A stretch of 64,000 nt of DNA from Bdellovibrionales bacterium (GTDB lineage Bacteria > Bdellovibrionota > Bdellovibrionia > Bdellovibrionales > UBA1609), in NCBI GenBank assembly GCA_965261545.1, contig CBDHDF010000006.1:96001-160000 (forward strand). The letters run 5' to 3'. Position 1 is the first letter of the stretch; every line of letters begins with the position of its first letter. Shown in pieces: positions 54,193-64,000 of the stretch. The notes below the pieces were generated by a model. That model saw only the letters and a list, made by a program, of their open reading frames with translations. It was not told the origin of the DNA and did not search any database. The position numbers and the translations under genes are program-made.

Positions 54193-54951
54193 TTGATACA
54201 CTATGTGATAAGTATGAATGTCACTCCCTATCTCTATATTATCGCAGGCCCCCTGAAAGGCTCAAAAATTCGCCTACGACCTAGTCTAACCCTGGGAAGA
54301 AAGAAGGCCAATATCAATCTTAAGGACTCCAAAGTTTCCAGCCTTCATGCTCAGATTTCAAGGGATACTGAGGGGCAATGGTGCATTGAAGATATGGGTT
54401 CACGCAATGGAATCTACCAAAATGGAATTCGCTACAAAAAAGTGATTCTCAAAGAAAAAAAACCAATTTTTATTGGAGATAACCTTTTTGTTCTAAAGTA
54501 CAAACCAACAAAAAAAGAAGACCATAATAAGAGGGAGGCCAAAGGCGAAAAATCTCTCCAGGTCCCTCAGCAAGCACCATGGGAAAAGAGGCTGCTAAAA
54601 TTTTGCAATGATTTGAGACTCAATGCAAAAAATATTCCTTGCTCAATACATCCCTTTCATCCGGCAATAATGCTAAGCATTATCAGCGGGATTCAAGCAG
54701 AGACGCAGTGGTATATAGGGTATGGTCCTCGAGTGTTAGGAGCCCGCTCCTTGGATTTTAAGCTTTTTGAACCGAACCTGCCAGATTATAGTTTTAAACT
54801 TAGCTCTAAAAAGCAGAAGGCTGTATTTAAGACTGAACAGCCCCATATTGTTAAACTCAATGGATACTCTATTTCTTCGGCCTCCTTAAGTCATGGAGAT
54901 ATTATCTCCATTAGCGAGACAAGAATCCAAGTGAGCTTCTTAAGTGTCTAA
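54193..54951 (+). CDS. FHA domain protein (N-terminal FHA, degenerate second FHA)
   Basis: LGR..D.KVSSLHA..DMGSRNG; C-terminal LNG...LSHGDII; start may be ATG 54214. Confidence 0.85.
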   Translation: MIHYVISMNVTPYLYIIAGPLKGSKIRLRPSLTLGRKKANINLKDSKVSSLHAQISRDTEGQWCIEDMGSRNGIYQNGIRYKKVILKEKKPIFIGDNLFVLKYKPTKKEDHNKREAKGEKSLQVPQQAPWEKRLLKFCNDLRLNAKNIPCSIHPFHPAIMLSIISGIQAETQWYIGYGPRVLGARSLDFKLFEPNLPDYSFKLSSKKQKAVFKTEQPHIVKLNGYSISSASLSHGDIISISETRIQVSFLSV

Positions 54952-55152
54952 TTTTTTTGTCATAATTACAAAGTTCTTTTAAAACTCCATCTTTAAATTG
55001 ACATATTTCACAGGCATTGTTACCGGGTATTCCTAGTTCAAGGTTCAAGTCTAAGTCAGTTTCTGTTTTAGGACAAAATGCATGAGTGAGATATTGCAGC
55101 CCAGCATGAGCCGCTATAGTTCAAGCAAGTGGAGAAACTAAGGAGAAAATCA

Positions 55153-58100
55153 ATGAAAACAATGAAAATAAAGTTTTTATCCTTAAAGTTAGTAATTATC
55201 ATTACAACCATTATAACAACGACAACGACTCGTATTGTTTGGGCTGATACAGCCGATACGTCCAATATCGACATCGTTGATTTATCCTCCTACCCCCTCT
55301 ACCCATTGAGAAAAGACTTGGGTGAAAACTTAATTGCTGGCGAGAAAGAAAGTGTCGAACGCTCTGTTAAAGCGACAGATATCCTCATAAAAAAAAGATG
55401 GCAAGAAGATGGTTTTGCAGGACGAGGAGACCACAGTAAGTCCCATGGATGTTATCCATCGAAGTTTAAAGTACTGCCCAATCTACCTGAGGAATATAGG
55501 GCTGGAATTGGTAAAAAAGAGAACCAAGGAAAAGTATTTTTTTCAGTGGCACGTCTTTCTAATCAAACAACTCCCGATGTGCCTGACATAAGGGCTCCCT
55601 CTTTAGGATTTGTCTTAAAAGTATTTCTAGACAAGGACGAGAAGGACCCCACATTGCTACCAATACATTTTTCGGAGGAAATCAAAACACAGGATTTTCT
55701 CACTGGTTCCAGTCAAACTTTCATGATGCCCAATATCAACGCCTATGCAAACCTTTTTGTAAATCGTTCCAAAGGTATTTTGGGAAAGATTTTAATCGCA
55801 CTGAGACATCCCATCATTGTCTATGAGAGAAAAATAAAACCAATGTTTTTTGATCATACAAACTCCCTCGTTGCTCTTGAGAGAACATTTTGGTCTCCAG
55901 CCCCCTATGCTTGGGGGGATCGGGCTGCAAAATATAGGTTCACCCCCTGTCATGACTTTAATAGGAGTGAATTGGGAGAAGACCATGTAGATAAACCCAA
56001 CTACCAACAAGATAGCATCAAAAAATTTCTTTCTGAAAAAAGCATCTGCTATAACTTAGAGGTTCAACTGAGACCTGCGAGTCACACGGATTCTGTACAC
56101 CATGATAAAAATTTTCCTATCGAAGATGCTTCTATCTTTTGGCCCACAGATCAAGCTAAATATCACGCTGTGGCTCAACTTACTATTCAAAAGGAAACTT
56201 TACCCCTTTTAGATGAAGAATGTGAGTCCTTGTCCTACAACCCATGGCACGGGTTGAAGGCCCATCAACCTCTAGGAAATCTCAATAGAGGTCGACTGTC
56301 TGTGTATAAACAAAGTTTTCTCTCCAGAAAGAAACTTTATAGCGAGCGTTTAAACTATGATGGCAGCTATGATATCTTTAAGAAGTATGTCTTGAGTTTT
56401 CCATTGTTTAACAAATATGGAGACCTCATCATGCAAATATCTAAAGAGCGTGAAGATCTCATGAAGAAAAATTTATTTGATACAGGATTAGACACAAACA
56501 ATGGTGAGATTGACTGCGATAAGGTGATGGCTCAACCCCATAGAACCGCTGAGGGAGTGTGTTATTTTCACGGCCTTCAAGTTGACGTAGGGTATGGGGA
56601 ATCAAAAAATACCACTTATGTGGGAAGCAATAAGGCTCGTATCGGGCGGAATATGCGCCCGCCTAAAGATGAAGAATTAAAATCTATGGAAGAAAATCTT
56701 CTTTCGCCCAATCCTCGACAAATTAGTAAAGAGCTTTTTACTCGCAAAGAGGGGTTCATTCCAGCAACAACCATCAATCTTTTGGCTGCAGCTTGGCTTC
56801 AAGCACAGAATCATGATTGGTTTTCCCACGGAAAAAATGTCGCCACTCGTCCTTCAAAAAAAAATGGAGGGAATCAATTATCTGAAGAGCAAAAAAAGAT
56901 GTTTGATCCTATTTTGGTTCCTCCCGTTCCTGGAGACGATTTATTTCCCCATGGAATGTTAGCTCCTCGCACGCGCCCCGATTTTAGTCAAACTCCTCAG
57001 CCGGGGTATTTTTCCACAGTTCCCCGTAAGTATAGTAAGCATTACGATAATGACTATAAGCGTGAATACCCTCGAACTTTTCGCAATGTTGTCACTCACT
57101 GGTGGGATGCTTCCCAGATCTATGGCAGTGATGCTCAAACGATTTTAAAGGTTCGCACCAATCCGCTTACTGGAGAGCTTTTGCCAAATGGTCAAATTGC
57201 CGTGGATAAAGTTCACCGCCGCCTCTATTACGATAAAAACAATCGTCCTATTACAGGCTTTTCAGATAACTGGTGGGTGGGTCTTGAACTGTTTCACTCC
57301 TTATTTGCCATGGAACATAATGCGGTGACAGACAGGCTTTCTAAAGCCTATCCAGACATGACTGATGAGTCTTTATTCAATACAGCTCGTCTTGTTGTAT
57401 CCGCATTGATTGCAAAGATTCACACTATTGAGTGGACACCGGCTCTTTTGGACAATCGAGCCTTACATGTTGGAATGCGAGCCAACTGGTATGGCTTGGG
57501 AGAGCCCATCAAATTTTTGAACAAAGAATGGCTTGAACGGGTTGTCAGAAATCTATCTGATAGATTTGGACATGCCATTTATGGAGCTACAGGAGAAGGC
57601 TCTCTACATCTTTATGATATTCCCTTTTCGTTGACAGAGGAGTTTGTCGCTGTTTATCGAATGCATCCTTTGATTCCCGATGATTTTATTATTTATGACC
57701 ATAATGATGGTCAAGAAGCAGGCCGAATTCCCATCAATGACACTCGCGATGAAAAGGCTAAGGAATTGAGCTATGAATCTTCATCATCTCCCCTCTCCCT
57801 TTTGTACTCCCTAGGTGTAAATCACCCAGGGGCGCTGACGCTACACAATTTTCCCAAATTCATGCAAAACATCAGTGTTTCAAATAACACTGAAAATAAG
57901 CCTACAGTGAGCTTTGATCTTGCGGCTCTTGATGTTCTCAGAGATCGTGAGCGACTTGTGCCACGCTACAACGAGTTCCGCAGACAGCTTCGTTTAAAGC
58001 CTATCCAAACATTCTCTGATTTAACAAATAATAAGGAAGACGTTGCTTTGTTGGAGAAGATTTATGGGGGAGATGTAGAAAAATTGGATTTATTGGTGGG

Positions 58101-58395
58101 TTCTCTTGCAGAAAATGATCGTTATGAAAGGTTTGCCTTTGGAAATACTCCTTTTTACATCTTTGCTCTTATGGCATCTCGCCGTTTGATGGCAGACCCT
58201 TTCTACTCGGATTATTTTACACCAGAGTTTTACACCCAGGTGGGCTATGATTGGGTTCAGAGTGAAACAATGATAAATGTGATTGTGAGGCACTATCCTG
58301 AACTTGAGGAAGCCTTCCAAGGAGTTGCCAATGCCTTCTATCCTTGGTCACAGCCACACACTGAAGAGTTACCAACTTCGCCATCTGAAAAGTAA
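55153..58395 (+). CDS. Secreted fusion: catalase-related domain + alpha-dioxygenase-type animal heme peroxidase domain
   Basis: AGGAG RBS, signal peptide ending VWA. N-domain RGDHSKSHG, QDFL, PYAWG, YNPWH, NRGRLSVY. C-domain HDWFSHG, WWDASQIYG, AKIHTIEWT, EEFVAVYRMHPL, RDRERLVPRYNEFRR, MASRRL. Confidence 0.88.
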   Translation: MKTMKIKFLSLKLVIIITTIITTTTTRIVWADTADTSNIDIVDLSSYPLYPLRKDLGENLIAGEKESVERSVKATDILIKKRWQEDGFAGRGDHSKSHGCYPSKFKVLPNLPEEYRAGIGKKENQGKVFFSVARLSNQTTPDVPDIRAPSLGFVLKVFLDKDEKDPTLLPIHFSEEIKTQDFLTGSSQTFMMPNINAYANLFVNRSKGILGKILIALRHPIIVYERKIKPMFFDHTNSLVALERTFWSPAPYAWGDRAAKYRFTPCHDFNRSELGEDHVDKPNYQQDSIKKFLSEKSICYNLEVQLRPASHTDSVHHDKNFPIEDASIFWPTDQAKYHAVAQLTIQKETLPLLDEECESLSYNPWHGLKAHQPLGNLNRGRLSVYKQSFLSRKKLYSERLNYDGSYDIFKKYVLSFPLFNKYGDLIMQISKEREDLMKKNLFDTGLDTNNGEIDCDKVMAQPHRTAEGVCYFHGLQVDVGYGESKNTTYVGSNKARIGRNMRPPKDEELKSMEENLLSPNPRQISKELFTRKEGFIPATTINLLAAAWLQAQNHDWFSHGKNVATRPSKKNGGNQLSEEQKKMFDPILVPPVPGDDLFPHGMLAPRTRPDFSQTPQPGYFSTVPRKYSKHYDNDYKREYPRTFRNVVTHWWDASQIYGSDAQTILKVRTNPLTGELLPNGQIAVDKVHRRLYYDKNNRPITGFSDNWWVGLELFHSLFAMEHNAVTDRLSKAYPDMTDESLFNTARLVVSALIAKIHTIEWTPALLDNRALHVGMRANWYGLGEPIKFLNKEWLERVVRNLSDRFGHAIYGATGEGSLHLYDIPFSLTEEFVAVYRMHPLIPDDFIIYDHNDGQEAGRIPINDTRDEKAKELSYESSSSPLSLLYSLGVNHPGALTLHNFPKFMQNISVSNNTENKPTVSFDLAALDVLRDRERLVPRYNEFRRQLRLKPIQTFSDLTNNKEDVALLEKIYGGDVEKLDLLVGSLAENDRYERFAFGNTPFYIFALMASRRLMADPFYSDYFTPEFYTQVGYDWVQSETMINVIVRHYPELEEAFQGVANAFYPWSQPHTEELPTSPSEK

Positions 58396-58466
58396 AAGTA
58401 GCCGACCATGGTCGTATTGGGTCATAAGTAAACGACACCAAGGAGCGGTTTGTCATTTTGCTCATC

Positions 58467-59144
58467 TTATGCCACCTCCTTGATATTTTCCTGTCGTACT
58501 AATTTGAAAAACTCTTTAAGTTTTAGTTCAAGTCCCCTCTTTAGCTCAAAGGGGTTGAGTTCAGCTTTACGCCTCCTCAGTGCTTCATCCTCCTCATGGT
58601 TTAATACCCCACTTTCAATAACTCTCTGATAGGGAGTCTTAGGGGTGCCATACTTTTTCTTGATTCTGGCTCCCACTCGTACCTTTTCCTGAAGTTTAAA
58701 TGTGGGGAGAAAGAAGTTCTGGAGGGGACTCCAGTGGTTTTTATAAATGTCATTCATTAAAGGAACTAGCCTTGGATCTTCAAACCTCTCATAGCCAAAC
58801 AATTCTCTGACGTGGGTGAAGTTTTTTTGCTCAATGTAGCAGTTGTCATTCTTTTTGTAGGGGCGAGAACGAGTGAACTTGATGTTAGATAATTGGGTGA
58901 ATTGAAGGACAGGCTTGTTTAAGAACTCACTTCCTGAGTCTGAGTTCATGGCCAGTAGTTTAAAAGGTATAGCTCGGTTAATGTTGTTGATTTGCCTTCT
59001 CACCTCCGTCCCTTTCTTGGTAAACATAGCCCGACACTCTGTCCATGTGGTGTTAATGTCGGTCACTGTAAGAGAGCTGATAAAAGGGCCTTGGGCACTC
59101 GTTCCACAGTGAGCAACCGTATCTGTTTGTATATAACCAGGCCT
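58467..59144 (-). pseudogene. rve/integrase-core DDE transposase, 5' part displaced by IS4 insertion
   Basis: PGYIQTDTVAHCG, SDSGSEF, RSRPYKKNDNCYIEQKN; frame ends at the IS4 IR. Confidence 0.85.
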
Positions 59145-59870
59145 CAATGCCGTTTCCTTAAGAAAAATCTCTTGAAATCATTAGATAAATCGACAAGAAT
59201 AAGACTTGTTTTATTTTACACCCAACCCTCAACCAAGGAGTAAGTCACATGCAATCCAATATTGATCTCGAAAGCCCCCAAATGACGAGTTCGCGTCACA
59301 GATGACCATTTTATTCTACCAAAACTTGATTCTTCCTTCAAGCCAGAGCACCTTGTCGATCCAGAAAAACAAAAAAGGAATCGAAAATTTAATCCTCAAA
59401 TTTTCTTTTTTACCATTATCTATCTTATTTCCGGAACAAATTACGAAGGCTACCAAATCGCTCTTAAGACGGTATGGACTCATTTTGGTGACCTGCTTCT
59501 CATGCCAGTCAAAAGCAGTCTCAGCAAGATACGTCAAAGTATTTCTTACCTATTTTTCAAAGATATCTTTGAATCTCTGATTACAGACTACGAACCATTG
59601 AGAAAAACGTTTCATGGTTTTTATATCTATGCCATAGATGGCGACCAATTAGCACTTTCTCGCTCTAAAGATCTTTTAAAGGAGGGTTATTGTGGGTACC
59701 CTTGCCCAAATGAGATGGAAACTCATTTCTTACGTATGTACCTGAATTCTACAAAAATGGTAACAAGGTTTAGGTCTAAAGTCTAGAATCTGACTTCAGA
59801 ACAAATATAACGCGGTTTCAGACCTCTTTTGAATTGAAAGAATTCAAAATCCTTGTTACCATTGGTAACA

Positions 59871-60651
59871 ATGTCTTATTTACATGAGCAAAAGAGAAAC
59901 GGTAAAGTTTACGTTTATGAGATACACGGCTATTGGGACTCAAAGAAAAAACAATCTCGCCAAAAAAGAACCTATTTAGGGCGTAAAGATGAGGTCAGCG
60001 GTGAGATTAAAACTAAAAAGAAAAAAGTCCCTATAGGCTCCTATACTGTTGGATCTTTATATTTTCTGAAAGAAATTTGTAAACAATCCAAACTACTTAA
60101 AGTTGTCAAACAAGTTTTTCCTGAGGAATATGAAAAGATTCTTCATTTGTCATGTTTTAAGATTATAAAGAAAGAGCCTTATTATTTTTATAAGTCTTGG
60201 TGTGAAGAGTCTTACGTTTCCAAAGAAATTTCTATGGGATCGACCAAAACTAGTAGACTTTTACACTCTATTGGTCAAGACGAGAAAAAAATAGATATTT
60301 TTTTTACAAATTGGATAAAAGAGCTTAAATCTACTGGCTCTATCCTATTTGATATTACATCTATTTCTTCTTATGGGTCCAAAAATGAATTTTTGGAACG
60401 AGGTTACAATAGAGATGGCGAAAATTTAGAACAAGTAAATTTGGGTTTGATTGCACGAGCTTCCAGCACTAATTCAATAGGCTTACCTTTAGCTTACAGG
60501 GTATACCCTGGCAGTATTACGGATGTAACGACACTGAGGAATGTAACAGATCTTGTGGGTAGATATAAGTTAAATCTTGATATTTTAGTGATGGACAAAG
60601 GGTTTTATAGTCAAGAAAACATAAAGAATATGAACAAACAAGGCTTGAGCT
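59871..60651 (+). pseudogene. IS1634 transposase, N-terminal half
   Basis: YWDSKKKQSRQKRTYLG, FDITSISSY, GYNRDGE, YPGSITD, MDKGFYS. Confidence 0.88.
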
Positions 60652-60678
60652 CATAGGTGTTCGTGGTTTTTTATTCTT

Positions 60679-61923
60679 TCATAGCAAGACCTTTTTAGCC
60701 ATATTCATTGATGTTTTTCGCCGTCGGTAGTTTGTGTCATAAATTTCATGGGAGAATATCTTGATCTTCTCTATCAAAATATTTAAATACTTTTGAGATG
60801 AGCTTAGGAGATATTTGATAAAATCAGAGGCTAATAAGACGGTAACCTTAGCAACTCTTTGAAACGATGTGGAGTCATTTTGTTCCTTATTGAGTTTAGT
60901 TCTTCCTATCCTCAAAACAACACTTGATGTGAGGTGAGCCGCTAATGAAGCAAGAAGAAGACTCTCTATGATATTTTGATCGTTTGAGGTGATCTGATTT
61001 GCATTCAAAGAATTCTTACAAGATTTGAAAATAAGTTCACATTGCCAACGTAAACGATAAATTGGATATATGGACTCCGCTGCCACATCTAAATTCGTGC
61101 AATACCAATGATAGCGTTTTTCGGAGGAATTCCAGAAGCCTACAATTCTCAAACTTACCCATTTACCATTGGACAAGACACTGCCTATAAATTCAACAAC
61201 ATCGTTTTTTTTCTTGAGTTTAATATCAGAGAACTCTTTTCCAACATAGTAATCTGGCAAACCTTCAACAACAGCATCAATAAGAATAGAGGCATTTGAC
61301 TTTACTCTAGACAAGAAAAATCCTTTAGCTTCATGAATAGATGACAATAAGCCATAGTCCCAATATCCCAAATCAAAGATGACTAATTTTCCAACGAGTT
61401 CCTTTATATCAGGAAAGCACTTCCTATCGTTAGTGGAAGACGGAGTTAATTCGAACCAAGTCATTATACCACTGAATAAACTGAAACAAGCGTGCCATTT
61501 AATTCCTGCGTTTGTTCTTGTCCCTGGAAAATTCTCAGATGCTCCATCCCAAAGGCTTATTGTGCTTGAGTCAACAAGAAGAACGTCTGAGACTCCCAGT
61601 TGTAATAATATGGCTTTGCTCCCATGAAAAGCTCCATGAGATAGCTTTATCATGAGCATTTCAACCAGTTTACTCAGAAGCTCTTTTAATCTTTTTCTAG
61701 AGAGTCTTTCCCAGAAGCTGTGTCTTTCAATTCTTAATCCTAAATGACTTATCATAAACCTCCTAATTCCCTCTATTGAATATGTCTTAGAGTCTCCCTG
61801 GAATGACAAGACAAGAGCCACAATAAACTCAAGAGGTGGAATGGTTGCCCGAGAGTCCTTTTCAGGAATAACTTTCTTGAAACATTTTTTGATCGTTTTA
61901 AGTGTTTGAGCTTCCGTGCTCAT
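60679..61923 (-). CDS. IS4-family transposase (intact ORF)
   Basis: LVDSST, FDLGY, YRLRWQCELIFKSCK (YREK motif). Confidence 0.92.
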   Translation of the reverse strand: MSTEAQTLKTIKKCFKKVIPEKDSRATIPPLEFIVALVLSFQGDSKTYSIEGIRRFMISHLGLRIERHSFWERLSRKRLKELLSKLVEMLMIKLSHGAFHGSKAILLQLGVSDVLLVDSSTISLWDGASENFPGTRTNAGIKWHACFSLFSGIMTWFELTPSSTNDRKCFPDIKELVGKLVIFDLGYWDYGLLSSIHEAKGFFLSRVKSNASILIDAVVEGLPDYYVGKEFSDIKLKKKNDVVEFIGSVLSNGKWVSLRIVGFWNSSEKRYHWYCTNLDVAAESIYPIYRLRWQCELIFKSCKNSLNANQITSNDQNIIESLLLASLAAHLTSSVVLRIGRTKLNKEQNDSTSFQRVAKVTVLLASDFIKYLLSSSQKYLNILIEKIKIFSHEIYDTNYRRRKTSMNMAKKVLL

Positions 61924-62028
61924 ATTTGCCCCCTGCGTTTAAAAAATAAAAATTTCCTCCAATTAATCTTGACCTATTAAGATACTAACGCGAGAATCAT
62001 TAAGTCTGTAGATAACTCACTTGTATCT

Positions 62029-62493
62029 ATGCGGATTCATTGTATTCGACAGGAGCAAAAAATAGCAATGATTTTTGGACTTTTAATATTACTTTCTTTG
62101 GGATCCTTTATATCTCTTCTTATTTCCTTATTGGTATTTGGATTTGGTTATTTACTGGCACTCATCCTCCCATTAACTCAGATGCAAGCATCTTCTTTGT
62201 TTTTTGCTTCACTCACACTTTTGGTTCTTACATGTATTTTTATGATGCTCATATCTCAATTTAAAAATCGTTACTTTCACCAGAATCTAGGAGATATTCT
62301 TTTTGATAATTTGGATGAGGATTTGGAAGATGAAAAGCAAAAAAAAATTGTAACTGAAGATATGTCTGCATCACAGCAGAAAAATGACCAAAGCGAAAAA
62401 ATTGGAAGAAATCAATCCTGTCCATGCGGAAGTGGAAAGAAATTTAAATTCTGTTGTTCCCAAAAGTCCACAGTTCTTTCGTTACACAATTAA
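62029..62493 (+). CDS. SEC-C motif membrane protein (IS passenger)
   Basis: 2-3 hydrophobic helices, acidic linker, KIGRNQSCPCGSGKKFKFCC; start may be ATG 62068. Confidence 0.8.
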   Translation: MRIHCIRQEQKIAMIFGLLILLSLGSFISLLISLLVFGFGYLLALILPLTQMQASSLFFASLTLLVLTCIFMMLISQFKNRYFHQNLGDILFDNLDEDLEDEKQKKIVTEDMSASQQKNDQSEKIGRNQSCPCGSGKKFKFCCSQKSTVLSLHN

Positions 62494-62679
62494 GTCTCTT
62501 AAAACACATGGCTTGTCGTGGATATCAAATGTCAATCTGCGTCCATTTCTCAAAATACCATCTATAAATATTTATAAATCGCCCACTTCCCTCTATGTAA
62601 AAAAGGAGGCTTGAAAAGTATTTCCATTAATTCGGAATTAAAATTAGAAAAAAACCACGAACACCTATGGGCTTGAGCT

Positions 62680-63482
62680 ATATAGTTCCTATGAGCTTCA
62701 GCACTCAGAAATCTAAAGAAATTTTATTTGACTTGCATGACAAGTTATTATCTCCTGGATCATTATTTGCTTTCTATGAGCAAGTATACTCCTACTCTAA
62801 GAAAGAAATAGAAATTGGAAGTGAAAGTTGTATGGCTCATGTTTTTTTAGAAGGTAAGAGGCGGTCTGATCAGGAGTCTATTTTTATAAGAAAGATATCA
62901 GATTTAGAAAATCTTTTTTTAGAAAAAAATTTTTCAAGTAAGGATGATGCATCTCTTTATTTGAAAGAGACATTAAAAACTAAGAAAAATTTTTTTTTCA
63001 TTGAAGAATCCGAGAATAAATTTGTAATTGAGAGAAACCTCAATGTTTTTCGAGATGAGATGATAAAGATGGGCTGCTTGATTCTCATCACTAATAACAT
63101 TCAAATGGATCGGGATGAAATTTTAAGATTATATAGAAGAAAAGATTGTGTAGAAAAGGTTTTTCGTGCTTTTAAGCATGACATAGATGAGAAAAGAAAT
63201 AGGACACATTCGTTGATCGCAATGAGAGGAAGTATTTTCATTAATTTTATCTCTTTAATTTTGATTACATGGGTTGATCATGTGATGAAGAAAAATGAGC
63301 TATACAAAAAAATGACAAAAGCCGAACTTTATAAGATATTAGACCGTCTCAAGTTGTATGAGCTAGCCACAGGCACTCCCATACTTGGTGAAGTGTCAAA
63401 AAAGCAAAAAGATATTTTGAAGGCGTTCAATGTAAGTACAAATATTAATCCCAGCCGTCGCTTCACAATGTCAGGACCTTAG
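62680..63482 (+). pseudogene. IS1634 transposase, C-terminal half
   Basis: Rejoins in frame (KQGLS|YIVPM); LYRRKDCVEKVFRAFK. Confidence 0.88.
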
Positions 63483-64000
63483 GCCAGAATCCTTGTTACC
63501 ATTTTTGTAGAATTCAGGTATGTATCTATCTCATGCTTATGACGTTTTATCGGGTGTGACAAAGAATCTTTGCTATTCTCCCGCTCTCAACGAAATCGCC
63601 AATGCTATTCAAATGATAGGTAGTTTTGAGAGTAATAGCATAACTCTCTACGATAGGCTTTATTTATCTACAGAGATTATTAAGGCCCATGCTCAAGCCA
63701 GTAACTTCTTTATTGCGCGTTGTAAGCGAGGCTCTACTTTTATCCCCATCGTAAATTTATTTAATGGCCCAGGTTGGTATTCACAAATGGTTATTGAGGG
63801 GGTGGTCATTCATCTCTATAAGTATAAAAACCCAAAGACTGGGGAGTTCTCTGTTTTGGCCACTAATCTTCCGCATGGCTCCTTGGACAAGAAGGATATG
63901 GTTGCTCTTTACTCTCGTCGTTGGGAAATAGAAACGACATTTCGTGATTTTACATCGACAATGAAAATGGAGCAGTGGCACTCAACAAGCCTTAATGGAA

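Larger units (their letters stand above)
60652..62669 (-). mobile_element. IS4-family (IS231/ISH8-like) element with passenger gene
   Basis: IR CATAGGTGTTCGTGGTTTTT at both ends; 10-bp TSD GGCTTGAGCT (60642-60651, 62670-62679). Confidence 0.92.
59741..63518 (+). mobile_element. IS1634-family element, interrupted
   Basis: Perfect 28-bp IR CCTGAATTCTACAAAAATGGTAACAAGG; 6-bp TSD TATGTA. Confidence 0.9.
59145..64000 (+). mobile_element. IS4-family element, interrupted by IS1634, runs off window end
   Basis: Left IR CAATGCCGTTTCCTTAAG. Transposase halves ~59249-59740 (AIDG) and 63525-64000 (YDR, YSRRWEIETTFR) rejoin in frame as LRMY|LSHAY; 5' end appears frameshifted. Confidence 0.88.

Noticed and set aside
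59302..59580. Short ORFs on both strands
   Set aside because: Alternative frames within the interrupted IS4 transposase

Overview
Bacterial chromosomal window. The 16S sequence and gene content resemble Bdellovibrionota; this is pattern recognition, not a database result. A mostly housekeeping core (~8-55 kb) holds lptB, a TAXI TRAP transporter, hbd, rpsT, murJ, an HD phosphohydrolase, ybeY, engB, kdsB, purD fused to tsaC, aroB, pheS, glpD, a complete rrn operon (16S, tRNA-Ile, 23S, 5S), degP, dnaJ, fliL, ftsK, queE, fis, dnaB, rplI and rpsF. Nested IS stacks bracket the core. On the left, IS21 sits in IS21, inside an IS4 end, inside a mini-palindromic element. On the right, an IS231-like element with a passenger gene sits in IS1634, inside IS4, inside an rve transposase. 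Accessory cargo includes a PHP-ATPase plus Schlafen/AlbA_2 candidate defence pair and two DUF285/BspA lipoproteins. The best candidate for a new system is a secreted ~1080-aa fusion of a catalase-related domain with an alpha-dioxygenase-type heme dioxygenase, a putative two-step oxylipin synthase. Short tandem duplications recur throughout genes and gene junctions, and one may have created the PurD-TsaC fusion.
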